Positions 10,239-20,761 of a DNA stretch of 64,000 nt are shown in pieces. Positions within the stretch are counted from its first letter, which is position 1. Each line of letters starts with the position of its first letter. Position numbers and translations under genes: made by a program. This DNA is from Candidatus Cloacimonadales bacterium (GTDB lineage: Bacteria > Cloacimonadota > Cloacimonadia > Cloacimonadales > JAFGVF01): contig OY759729.1 in the NCBI GenBank assembly GCA_963662585.1, positions 320,001 through 384,000 on the forward strand, in the 5' to 3' direction. Below the pieces are notes generated by a model. The model searched no databases. It saw only the letters and a program-made list of their open reading frames with translations, and was not told the origin of the DNA.

Positions 10239-11409
10239 TACCTTTTGGGGTATATTTATTGATATCAAAATCAGTTAAGTTAACGCCTATTGAAAGTGAA
10301 AGTTGGGTAGTTTTCATTTCAGAAGCAATTGCTTGCATTCCACTTAAGTTGAAAGTTAGTTCTTCTAGATTAAGAGTATAACCGATAGTTAAAAATGTTT
10401 GTTCATTTGTCAAAATTTCTTCAACACCATCATTAAAGTTGTTAGGATAATGAGGAATAATCTCAGAAGCTAGTTGGGCAATTGGTAGCTGTACTTCACC
10501 TGAGAAAGTAGAAGGAATATACATTGCTCCAAATCTAATGATGCTATTTCTAATCTGTTGTTCAAGTCCAAGCTTAAAAATATTTAAATCATCATAGTAT
10601 TCACTCATTTGACTATTCATTCTTCTTTCATAATCAATATTAATAACACTATCTTCTATGTAATAATATGATAAACCAGCTGAGAATTTTGCAGGAACAG
10701 TTACTACCCAATCCAAGTATTCTGTATCAAAACTTACTTCTGAACTATGATTATAAGCTAGTCCTAAATTAAGTCTATTATTAACTTTATAGAGCAGTCC
10801 GCTACTGAAGCTTAAAGCTCCCTCTGATAAATCAATTTTAGAAGAGACACCGTTAATAAGCATATTTTCCATATTATGCAGATTGTAATTAACATCAAAA
10901 CCTAGACTAAGATTTTCTAGCATATAAGAATTCACGAATCCAAAGCGATAATAATTATACTCAGGTTTTCTATCTTGAATAATTGCTGTACCGTAATCAT
11001 CGATAGTATATCTATCATATTTAAGGCTCTTTGGCATGGAATAGTAAAGAGCTGTGCTCAAATTATTAACCATGTTGAATCCAAACCCTACAAAAGTAAA
11101 AGGTTTATTAGCTATATAATTCTCATCCTTCAAATGACCAATCTCTTTCTTCTCTGGCTTTACCATAAATTCGATATACATTTCAGTGTGATCTGTAGAA
11201 AAACCTGCAGGATTAAGTAAAACATTTTCGACATTTTCAATCTTGGCAACACCAGTATTTCCCCTTCCCGAAGCTAAAGTGTTGATATAATTATTAGAAT
11301 AAGCATCATAATATGCTTGCATAAATTCTGGGGCACTATAGCTAACTTCTGAACTAAATAATCCTACTGTTAAAATAACTAAAACTGCAGTTAAAATAGA
11401 CCTTTTCAT
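10225..11409 (-). CDS. Outer-membrane protein, FadL/OmpP1-like
   Basis: Signal peptide; SGRGNTGVA...NPAG N-terminal motif; beta-strand pattern. Confidence 0.6.
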   Translation of the reverse strand: MKRSILTAVLVILTVGLFSSEVSYSAPEFMQAYYDAYSNNYINTLASGRGNTGVAKIENVENVLLNPAGFSTDHTEMYIEFMVKPEKKEIGHLKDENYIANKPFTFVGFGFNMVNNLSTALYYSMPKSLKYDRYTIDDYGTAIIQDRKPEYNYYRFGFVNSYMLENLSLGFDVNYNLHNMENMLINGVSSKIDLSEGALSFSSGLLYKVNNRLNLGLAYNHSSEVSFDTEYLDWVVTVPAKFSAGLSYYYIEDSVINIDYERRMNSQMSEYYDDLNIFKLGLEQQIRNSIIRFGAMYIPSTFSGEVQLPIAQLASEIIPHYPNNFNDGVEEILTNEQTFLTIGYTLNLEELTFNLSGMQAIASEMKTTQLSLSIGVNLTDFDINKYTPKGNDED

Positions 11410-11521
11410 TATGAACTCCTAAAATGTTAATTTTTCCCTATAATTTCAAAACAATCGCACATCTCAATATTTATCTTAAAATAAAAGTCTGACCATCTTC
11501 CCTTTTAGAAAAGGATAGACT

Positions 11522-11764
11522 TTTAAGAGATATTGATACACCCCCTGCGTCCCCCTCTCAGAAGGGGATTTAAGAGATATTGATACACCCCCTGTGTCCC
11601 CCTCTCAGAAGGGGATTTAAGAGATATTGATACACCCCCTGTGTCCCCCACTCAGAAGGGGATTTAAGAGATATTGATACACCCCCTGCGTCCCCCACTC
11701 AGAAGGGGATTTAAGAGATATTGATACACCCCCTGTGTCCCCCTCTCAGAGGGGGATTTAAGAG
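11522..11764 (+). repeat. Tandem array of five 47-bp units, each containing a REP-like hairpin
   Basis: Unit TTTAAGAGATATTGATACACCCCCTGYGTCCCCMWCTCAGARGGGGA starts at 11522, 11569, 11616, 11663 and 11710, with a partial unit at 11757. Confidence 0.95.
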
Positions 11765-11836
11765 GTTTTGTTTTAAATTATTTAAAAATATATTTCTTCA
11801 AATTCTCAATTCAAAATTTGAATTCTAAATTCCCTT

Positions 11837-13105
<1,269 letters not shown>

Positions 13106-13120
13106 TTATTATCTTTTAGC

Positions 13121-13149
13121 ATTATAATTTGAGTGTGTTAGTCTGTCAA
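13121..13149 (-). promoter_or_regulatory. Sigma70-type promoter of purA
   Basis: Minus strand reads TTGACA (13149-13144), a 17-nt spacer, then TATAAT (13126-13121): perfect consensus. Confidence 0.8.
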
Positions 13150-13280
13150 CGAAAAAGAGAATTAAATATTTATGTTTGCTTGATGAAGTTCAAATTTGCT
13201 TCCAACTCAATAATATTCCTAAACCCAAAACTCATTAAAAAAAACTGAAAGATAAAGTAGTATATTTATATTTTAATATT

Positions 13281-13883
13281 CTAAAAAGCCATTCCACTAA
13301 ATGTTAGCAATAAAGCACCTGAATTTGTTGTAAAAGTAAAACCATCTTCTTCTATCGATGGATTATTTACAAAGTAATTCAAACTAAATCGATAATGCTT
13401 AGTAAATTCGTAACCTACTCCAGCAAATAAACCAGTTCCATCCCAAGTTTCAGAATCTTCTTCTGTAGGTGTCATCCATGAAGATAATCCCAAACCACCA
13501 CTTAAAAATAAAGAAGAATGCCAAGCTCCGGATTTTAATTCTGGGGCTATAAAATATGAAAAAGCAATAGCTCCAACTCCGTCAGCTATAGTAATATTTT
13601 CATCTAATGCATTTCTCATAGAAAACCAAGCAACTAGATTTGTGTAATAAAGTTCAAGTTGATTGTTAGGAGCATACCCAATTTTAAAGTCTGTTGCAAA
13701 ACCATTAGCTTTTTCAGTATCAGTTTAGAAAGAATCACCATAACCTTCAATCTTTTGTGTATATGAAACATTTGCTAGTCCTGCTCCAAAACCTAAGAGA
13801 AAACCTTGTCTTTGACCATCAAAAGCTACTAAGCTTGATATAATAAAAATAAATAAGCTCAACACTACTAATTTTTTTCCCAT
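13281..13883 (-). pseudogene. Outer-membrane beta-barrel protein interrupted by one in-frame TAA
   Basis: ATG 13883 with RBS AAGGAG and a signal peptide; in-frame TAA at 13727-13725 (codon 53); the frame continues into ORF 13281..13619, which ends in Phe. Confidence 0.75.
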
Positions 13884-14249
13884 AATCTACTCCTTAATTT
13901 TTATATACTACTTTACCTGTCATTAGTTCATTAACTTTTTAATTTTGTTTAAAATATTCATTTGGCTAAATTTCCCAAAGATTTCTTATTTTCTTTGAAT
14001 AAAACAATATATTTATTTTGAGAGAAAGCTGTCAACTTAAAAGACTAGAATTAATTATGATTAACAGTTAGAAACTCCAAGTGTCAAAATAAAATTTATG
14101 ACTAATTTATTTGCTTTCCATCAGAGATAATCTCTTCTGAAATAGACTCTTTTCTTTAATTATTTTTAAGTTTTTTAATTTAATTTGTTACTTTTTATAG
14201 AAAAGTAATATAATGATAAAGTATAAAGAATTAATATAAGGAGTAAGAA

Positions 14250-14543
14250 ATGAAAGAGATTGATAGCATTATAAAAGAAAAGTTTAAAAATGTACCAATT
14301 GAAAAGGATACTAAAATACTTTCGATAGGCTATATGAAAGTTGGAGAATATGATGCTAGGATTGAAAGATGGTTCTGGGAGGGAGTGCATGCCTTTTCAA
14401 TGATTTTTCTCAAAACTGATGTAGAACACATTTCTACAAGTAATCTAATAGATTTAATCAGACAAAAGACTGGTATAATTGATGAATTTGAATTTTCTGA
14501 TAGTGGAGAATATCTCTTCTTTTCTTATGGTTTCACAGATTAG
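14250..14543 (+). CDS. Hypothetical protein
   Basis: 97-aa ORF with RBS AAGGAG and plausible composition. Confidence 0.6.
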   Translation: MKEIDSIIKEKFKNVPIEKDTKILSIGYMKVGEYDARIERWFWEGVHAFSMIFLKTDVEHISTSNLIDLIRQKTGIIDEFEFSDSGEYLFFSYGFTD

Positions 14544-14652
14544 CTTTGGCTAAATAAAATTCCTCTACTTATTCTCTTGTTTTAAACCATCATTCACGAT
14601 TAACAAATTTAACAAAGTGATGCGATTCTAAGACAAATAAGTTTAGGAGTAT

Positions 14653-14683
14653 AGAGGCAATCTGATTTGATTGCCTCTTTTTT
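14653..14683 (+). terminator. Rho-independent terminator
   Basis: AGAGGCAATC...GATTGCCTCT 10-bp stem followed by a T run. Confidence 0.7.
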
Positions 14684-14743
14684 ATTTGCTTGTTTTGATT
14701 AACAGACTATTAATATCTTAAACTATTTTAAAGGAAATCAAAT

Positions 14744-15169
14744 ATGACTACGATTAATGTTTATCTGAATTTTGATGGTAACTGTGAAGAGGCTTTCTTA
14801 TTTTACAAATCAGTTTTTGGAAAAGAGATTTCTTATCTTGGACGCTTCCAAGATTTCCCTAAACAAGATTTTATGCCTGAATTATCCCCTAATGATGCTG
14901 AGAAAATTCTGCATGTTAGCTTACCAATAAGTCAAGAAACAATCTTAATGGGCTGTGACAATATCGATCAGATTAATAACCCCTATCATCAGGGTAATAA
15001 TTTTTCAGTCTCTATCAATACTGATAGCAGAGCAGAAGCAAACCGTCTTTTTGAAGAACTCTCTTCAGGAGGAATAATCCAGATACCAATAAAGGAAGCA
15101 TTTTGGGGTGATTATTTTGGACAGTTTACTGATAAGTTTGGTATTAATTGGATGGTAATGGCCGATTAA
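14744..15169 (+). CDS. VOC family protein, PhnB-like
   Basis: YLNFDGNCEEAFLFYKSVFG and FWGDYFGQFTDKFGINWM. Confidence 0.88.
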   Translation: MTTINVYLNFDGNCEEAFLFYKSVFGKEISYLGRFQDFPKQDFMPELSPNDAEKILHVSLPISQETILMGCDNIDQINNPYHQGNNFSVSINTDSRAEANRLFEELSSGGIIQIPIKEAFWGDYFGQFTDKFGINWMVMAD

Positions 15170-15204
15170 GTAGAATATTCAAAAACTATAAATTAGGAGA
15201 ATAA

Positions 15205-15618
15205 ATGAAAAAAGTTAGAGCAATTGGTGGAGTATTTTTTAAATGCAAAGACCCTAAGAAAATAAAAGAATGGTATGCTGAGAATCTTGGTTTTAATACT
15301 GATGACTATGGTACAAGTTTTAAATGGTGTCAATTCCCTGATAAAGAAAATGTTGGCTACACTCAGTGGAGTCCTTTTTCAGATAAAACAGATTACTTCG
15401 CTCCTTCAGATAAAGACTTCATGATTAACTATCGGGTCGAAGATTTAGAAGCTTTAGTAGAAGAATTGAAAGCTAATGGCGTGGAGATTTTAGACGAAAT
15501 AGCTACTTATGATTATGGTAAATTTGTTCATATCCTCGATCTTGAAGGTAATAAGATTGAATTATGGGAACCACTAGATCCAGGCTATGAAAAAGCTGCT
15601 GAAGGTGTAACTAGCTAA
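15205..15618 (+). CDS. VOC / glyoxalase-bleomycin resistance family protein
   Basis: IGGVFFKCKDP, MINYRVEDL, YGKFVHILDLEGNKIELWEP. Confidence 0.85.
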   Translation: MKKVRAIGGVFFKCKDPKKIKEWYAENLGFNTDDYGTSFKWCQFPDKENVGYTQWSPFSDKTDYFAPSDKDFMINYRVEDLEALVEELKANGVEILDEIATYDYGKFVHILDLEGNKIELWEPLDPGYEKAAEGVTS

Positions 15619-15689
15619 AAAATCACTATAGTTAAATACTAATTTAATCCATCCAAGGCTAATTTTACTAAATGCACGAATGTAGAGCC

Positions 15690-16620
15690 GTAATCTTCTG
15701 TCGGTTTGTGGACATCTTGTCCGTTGTGAATTGGTAAATAGCGGATGAATAGAGTCTAAGTTGATTGAAGATCTTGAAATACTAGTATCTAATGTGGAAG
15801 CAGAGATGCTTCCACTCCATAGAAGAAAACACCCCTGTGCCCCCCTCACGGAGGGGGATTTGTAAACACCCCGTCAGCTTCGCAGCCACCCCTCTTTTAG
15901 CGTGCTTTCAGCACTAAAGAGGGGAATTTAAGATTCACGGACTAAAGGTCCGTAACCCCAGTTAATCTCTAAAGAGGGGAGTTTGACATTCACGGACTAA
16001 AGGTCCGTAACCCCAGTTAATCACTAAAGAGGGGAGGAGTTTTAAAAGTGTGATAATCCCTCTTCTGTCGGATTGCATACACCCTTGTATGCGAAAAACC
16101 TTATAAAAATCTAATGTTATCGTGCTGTGAAGAGACTGCTGATAACTGGGAATGCGGGATTCTAGCCCGCGTCCAGCACTTAGGTGCTGGACTACTACTT
16201 AAGATTACCCAGCATTTTATGCTGGGTGCAGGCAAGATGCCTGCGTTCCCAGTTAGGGGTGCTTCCACTTCAAATAGTCTCAAAGCTAATTAAACCTAGA
16301 TATCCCAGTATCTAATGTGGAAGCAGAGACGCTTCCACTCCATAGAAGAAAACACCCCTGTGTCCCCCTCACGGAGGGGGATTTATAAACACCCCGTCTG
16401 CTTCGCAGCCACCCCTCTTTTAGCGTGCTTTCAGCACTAAAGAGGGGAGTTTAAGATTCACGGACTAAAGGTCCGTAACCCCAGTTAATCTCTAAAGAGG
16501 GGAGTTTAAGATTCACGGACTAAAGGTCCGTAACCCCAGTTAATCACAAAAGAGGGGAGTTTGACATTCACGGACTAAAGGTCCGTAACCCCAGTTAATC
16601 ACTAAAGAAGGGAGTTTAGG
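15690..16620 (+). repeat. Mosaic of REP-like palindromic modules (locus 1), between convergent genes
   Basis: Internal duplication 15784.. vs 16307.. (offset 523); 55-bp unit x2 (from ~15930) and x3 (from ~16453); modules shared with 20480-20740, 49870-50770 and 58270-58821. Confidence 0.9.
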
Positions 16621-16659
16621 AGATCTCATCCTAAATAAATTAAACGATTTTTAGCAATT

Positions 16660-17562
16660 CTAATATCTTTTGTACCATTTGGGAACAAATTCTTTAAATC
16701 CATCATACCAGTCAAGAACTGCCCTTGATATTTCAATCATAACGACAACTTCACTCTTTCCAAATTTTATAGCCCAAGGTATTGACGCTAATTGATTACT
16801 AGCAATATACAAAGCCATTAATCGAAAAAACAGATTAGGTACACTGTTTTCGAAATAACCATTTATATAGCCTGAAGCAAAACTTTCACTTGTTCTAACA
16901 CTCCAGACAATTCTATTAAATTCCTCCCAGGGATCACCATAATCCCAGCGATTAAAGTCAATAATACCTAACTGACCTTGCTGAGAAATAATCATATTAC
17001 CAGTATGATAGTCCCCATGCTGAAAAGTCTGAGGTCTATCCCTAAGCAATTCACGGTTATTGTTAACGAAATTAATAAACAAATCTGTTTCAGCAATACT
17101 TACGCCACAAGATTCATAATTCTTGATATTTCTATCTATCTTATGATTAAATCTGCTAAACCAATTAGAATGATTTGTTGGTGCAGGAAGACTATGAATT
17201 TGGCGTAGATATTCCCCAGCCTTCAATCCATATTTATATTGATCCTTAGGATTCATTCTTTTAACAGCAGATTCCGCATCCTCTCCCTCAATCCAAGTTA
17301 GAAGTAGATACACTAATTTATTATTATTGCAGACTCCGAAATCCAGCGGGTAGGACATTAATATCTTTCTATTAGCTACTAATTTCATACTCTCATATTC
17401 TTCTTTCTTAATATCATATTGAGAAATATCAGAGATTCTTAGCAGTAAATCTTGTCTATCCTTAGTTTGAATATGATACTTTTTATCTGACGACCATCCT
17501 TTATCTACCAACTCTACTTTTACCCAACTATTAGAAGCAATTATATCATCATAAAAGTTCAT
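16660..17562 (-). CDS. Aminoglycoside phosphotransferase (APH/choline kinase) family protein
   Basis: KGWSSDKKY, Brenner motif HGDYHTGN, IIDF. Confidence 0.85.
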   Translation of the reverse strand: MNFYDDIIASNSWVKVELVDKGWSSDKKYHIQTKDRQDLLLRISDISQYDIKKEEYESMKLVANRKILMSYPLDFGVCNNNKLVYLLLTWIEGEDAESAVKRMNPKDQYKYGLKAGEYLRQIHSLPAPTNHSNWFSRFNHKIDRNIKNYESCGVSIAETDLFINFVNNNRELLRDRPQTFQHGDYHTGNMIISQQGQLGIIDFNRWDYGDPWEEFNRIVWSVRTSESFASGYINGYFENSVPNLFFRLMALYIASNQLASIPWAIKFGKSEVVVMIEISRAVLDWYDGFKEFVPKWYKRY

Positions 17563-17592
17563 AAGCTCTCCCTATTTTCTAATTCAACCTAG

Positions 17593-18000
17593 CTAAAAAT
17601 CTTCAGGTGCTACTAACTCTACCTTAATCCTGTCTGGGTCCTCAAAATAGACTGCATAATAGCCTTGACCACCGGCATAAGGATGTCGATCTGCATACAA
17701 GATTTTAATCTGCTTTAAGCGTAATTCTTCAGTAATTTCATCAACCTGCTCTTTTGATTCAGCATGGAAGGCTAAGTGATTTAACCCAGCTTTACACCTA
17801 TGATACTTAACATCAAGATGTTTTTCCTCAACTTGAACAAAGACTAGATAAGTATCATCTAACTTATAGCTTCTACCTTGATCCCATTCTTGATACAATT
17901 CATAACCAAGCTTTGAGAGAAACCATGACCAAAATTCAGTTGATTTCTCTAGATTAGAGACATAAATTTCTATATGATGAAGAAGACCTTTTTTTGACAT
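17593..18000 (-). CDS. VOC / glyoxalase family protein
   Basis: LHHIEIYVSNL, GLNHLAF, YAVYFEDPDRIKVEL. Start is ATG 18000 or 18030. Confidence 0.85.
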   Translation of the reverse strand: MSKKGLLHHIEIYVSNLEKSTEFWSWFLSKLGYELYQEWDQGRSYKLDDTYLVFVQVEEKHLDVKYHRCKAGLNHLAFHAESKEQVDEITEELRLKQIKILYADRHPYAGGQGYYAVYFEDPDRIKVELVAPEDF

Positions 18001-18367
18001 AACTTTTTCCTTTGTTATTTTTTTTGTCATGTATTCTAAGAATTAGGATTGTGTAAAGGAAATTGTTTAACCCGAATGGTGCAGTAGAGCTTTACAGAAG
18101 AGTGCAGATTCTTTTAGATAAAGCTTTTACAGAATTTATCAGCTTATAATATATATACTCTGAGAAATTATGTAAAAGCTTTAGCAAATGAATATAGTGC
18201 TATTCTAAAAGATCTACTTCATTATTTGGGTTTAAAGACATCGCAGTGAAAAATAAGCAGTGTCTCTCTGGCAACTCCTTTTCTTATCAGTGTAATCGGT
18301 GGCTAAAACTTCTTTCTTTTTTGTGTAATTAGTGTCTTGTGGTAAACATAATTTCTTGTTTAAACGC

Positions 18368-18398
18368 AAAAAACCCCCGACCGTTAGGTCAGGGGTTT
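18368..18398 (-). terminator. Terminator after tRNA-Leu
   Basis: Minus strand AAACCCCTGACC-TAAC-GGTCGGGGGTTTTTT. Confidence 0.8.
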
Positions 18399-18401
18399 AA
18401 A

Positions 18402-18489
18402 TGGTACAGAAGGCGGGACTTGAACCCGCACACTCGTATTGAGAACAAGATCCTTAGTCTTGCGTGTCTGCCAATTCCACCACTTCTGC
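18402..18489 (-). tRNA. tRNA-Leu, anticodon AAG, CCA encoded
   Basis: GCAGAAGTGGTGGAATTGGCAGACACGCAAGA-CTAAGGA-TCTTG, long variable arm, GCGGGTTCAAGTCCCGC, CTTCTGT-A-CCA; discriminator A73; directly downstream of secG. Confidence 0.93.
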
Positions 18490-18499
18490 TTGGTAAAGT

Positions 18500-18880
18500 T
18501 TATTTTTCAGGAGATTCAGGAGCTGCTTCTGGACTTGCTTCAGTAGCAGGTAATTCTTGAACATCACCTTCATTATTATTTAGATTTTGAGCAGGTGAAG
18601 TTTCTTCAGTTTGTTCTACTGGTATAGTAGAAGCTAAACCGGCATCTCCGCCATTGCTAGACTTAACAGTTATTGCTAAGAAGACACAAGAGATTAAGAA
18701 AAGACCACCAATAATCTGTGTCCATTTTTTCATCATATCAGAAGCTGAACTTCCAAAAACATTAGAAGCTGCTCCGCCTAAGTTACTATCTAAGCCATTA
18801 CCCTTAGAAGTTTGAGCCAAGATGATTAACACCAAGGCAATACTAATAAGTATATGTATTACTAAAAGAATTATTTCCAT
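18500..18880 (-). CDS. secG: Preprotein translocase subunit SecG
   Basis: Two TM helices with ILAQTSKGNGL...GG loop; followed by tRNA-Leu, the conserved secG-leu arrangement. Confidence 0.9.
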   Translation of the reverse strand: MEIILLVIHILISIALVLIILAQTSKGNGLDSNLGGAASNVFGSSASDMMKKWTQIIGGLFLISCVFLAITVKSSNGGDAGLASTIPVEQTEETSPAQNLNNNEGDVQELPATEASPEAAPESPEK

Positions 18881-18965
18881 TTTTTCTCCCTTGCAATAAG
18901 TTTATTCAGATAATTATAAGTTAGTTTTTTTGTCAAGAATATTTTTACATATTTCGAATATTATT

Positions 18966-19964
18966 TTAATTTATTCCTATTGCATTTCTCAATCTTAGGA
19001 TAGTTTGAGATGCTATATCTCTCGCTTTTTCAGCACCTTCTTTCAATATTGAGTCCACGAAATCTCTATTTTCTAAGAGTTGAAAATATTTTTCTCGAGG
19101 GGCTTTTAGTTGATCATTTACAGCTTCAAAGAGAGCTTGTTTGGCTTCTCCCCAACCCATTCCACCTGCTAAATATCGTTCTCTTAGTTCAGCTTGTTGC
19201 TGTGGACTAGCGAATACTTTATAAAGCGAGAATACATTACAAGTATCTGGATCTTTAGCTTCTTCTATAGTTTGAGAATTAGTAACTATTTTCATAATAG
19301 TCTTTCTTAATTTCTTTTCAGGTAAGAAGAGAGAGATTTCATTGTTGTAACTTTTACTCATTTTTCTTCCATCCAAGCCTACAATTACTCCTGCTTCCTC
19401 ATGGGTATAAGGTTTTGGCAGTTTAAGGATTTCAGTTTTATAGTTAAAGTTGAGAGACTGAGCGATATCATTTGCCATTTCAAGATGTTGAAGTTGATCT
19501 TTTCCAACAGGCACAACATCGGCATCGAAAAGCAGAATATCTGCAGCCATCAAAATCGGGTAGGTAAAGAGTCCGATATTCACACCATCATCTAAGGTAT
19601 TTCCTTCTTCTTCGTTTCGTTGCACAATAGCTTTATAAGCATGAGCTCTATTCATTAGTCCCTTAGGAGTAAAGGCCATTAAGGCAATAGCTAATTCAAA
19701 TGTTTCAGGAACATCTGACTGTCTATAGAAGAGTACTTTGTTTGGATCTAAACCACAAGCTAACCAAGCGGCAGCAACTTCAAAAGTCATATCTTTTAAT
19801 TTAACAGGGTCTTTTATTTGATTAAGGGCATGATAATCTGCAATAAAGTAACGAGCATCAAAATCTTTAGCCAACTCCAAAGCTGGTCTGATTGAACCGA
19901 CAAAATTCCCTAAGTGAGGCATTCCTGTTGGTTTGATACCAGTTAAAGAAACTTTCTTATTCAT
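18966..19964 (-). CDS. trpS: Tryptophanyl-tRNA synthetase
   Basis: TGIKPTGMPHLGN, YPILMAADIL, VPVGKDQ, KMSKS. Confidence 0.96.
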   Translation of the reverse strand: MNKKVSLTGIKPTGMPHLGNFVGSIRPALELAKDFDARYFIADYHALNQIKDPVKLKDMTFEVAAAWLACGLDPNKVLFYRQSDVPETFELAIALMAFTPKGLMNRAHAYKAIVQRNEEEGNTLDDGVNIGLFTYPILMAADILLFDADVVPVGKDQLQHLEMANDIAQSLNFNYKTEILKLPKPYTHEEAGVIVGLDGRKMSKSYNNEISLFLPEKKLRKTIMKIVTNSQTIEEAKDPDTCNVFSLYKVFASPQQQAELRERYLAGGMGWGEAKQALFEAVNDQLKAPREKYFQLLENRDFVDSILKEGAEKARDIASQTILRLRNAIGIN

Positions 19965-20244
19965 TTATCCTCCATAAAATACATTAAAAAGCAAAATAAT
20001 ATTAAAAGGAAAAACAGTCCAGATTTTTTTAAATTAAGTGTGTTTTTCATTACTTTTTGCTTCTTTGTTTTCTTATTCTATAATGGTCTTCCCTTCCTCT
20101 TTGGCACTCAACTCAAGTAAAATTCAATTATTCTTTTTGTTGAGTAATAAGGAGGAGAGAAAGAGCAGAAAAAATCATAAAAGTATCTTTGATGTATGCT
20201 AGCTTCACAACAGATACAGGACTATAAAAATGCATCATTCTACC

Positions 20245-20403
20245 AGCTGCAGAGGCAGCGAAATCTTTGTAGATAACAGATGCCAAACAATTACCTAAGC
20301 TGCAGAGGCAGCGACACAAAAAGCCTTAATCGTGCCGCTGCCTCTGCAGCTTATGGATATTTCTTGCTTTCTGAGCTACAAAGATTTCGCTGCCTCTGCA
20401 GCT
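20245..20403. repeat. Four-copy nested inverted repeat (REP/REPIN-like)
   Basis: Perfect 28-bp IR AGCTGCAGAGGCAGCGAAATCTTTGTAG (20245-20272 / 20376-20403) enclosing a 22-bp IR with one mismatch (20296-20317 / 20332-20353). Confidence 0.9.
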
Positions 20404-20477
20404 AAGAAGATTTTGATCTTTCTTGATTTACTATTAGATTTAGTTCCCACTCTACTTGAGAGAGAAGCTTTAAAATT

Positions 20478-20741
20478 TCCTATGGAAGCAGGGAGTTTAG
20501 AGTGTGATAATCCCTCTTCTGTCGGATTGTGGAGATTTTCTCCGCTGTGAATTGCTAAGTAGCAGATGAATAGTGTCTAAACTGATTAAAAATCTAGAAA
20601 TCCCAGGAATAAATTATATTTGTAGGAGCCTATCCTTTTTTAGCCTGCCTTCAGCACTAAAGCGGGGAGTTTAAGACTTCCTATGGAAGCAGGGACGCTT
20701 CCATTCCATAGCCCACACCCTCACGGATGGGGATTTAAGAG
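20478..20741 (+). repeat. Degenerate mosaic of the same palindromic modules (locus 2)
   Basis: Contains TATGGAAGCAGGGACGCTTCCA, AGTGTGATAATCCCTCTTCTGTCGGATT, TTCAGCACTAAAGCGGGGAGTTT and CCCTCACGGATGGGGATTT; ~20515-20605 is a diverged copy of ~15694-15785. Confidence 0.8.
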
Positions 20742-20761
20742 GTATGGTCACATTCTTAAAC

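Noticed and set aside
11522..11764. 47-bp array as a CRISPR array
   Set aside because: Units abut with no unique spacers and differ only by SNPs; no cas genes in the window.
13725..13727. Programmed read-through (Sec/Pyl) or an alternative genetic code at the internal stop
   Set aside because: The codon is TAA, which is a normal stop for many genes in this window; no recoding signal seen.
15574..16283. ORFs 15574..15849 and 16101..16283 (likewise 20128..20319, 20332..20550, 49871..50119, 50637..50819, 58463..58693, 58639..58833)
   Set aside because: They lie within GC-rich palindromic repeats, with no recognisable domains or convincing RBS. The shared CFLLWSGS peptide simply reflects the DNA repeat.
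15930..16617. 55-bp repeats as CRISPR repeats or integron attC sites
   Set aside because: No variable spacers, no one-site-per-gene cassette pattern, flanking genes are convergent, and there is no integron integrase.
13200..18402. tRNA-Leu-integrated genomic island with attL/attR
   Set aside because: No duplicate of the tRNA 3' end was spotted by eye and no integrase is present.
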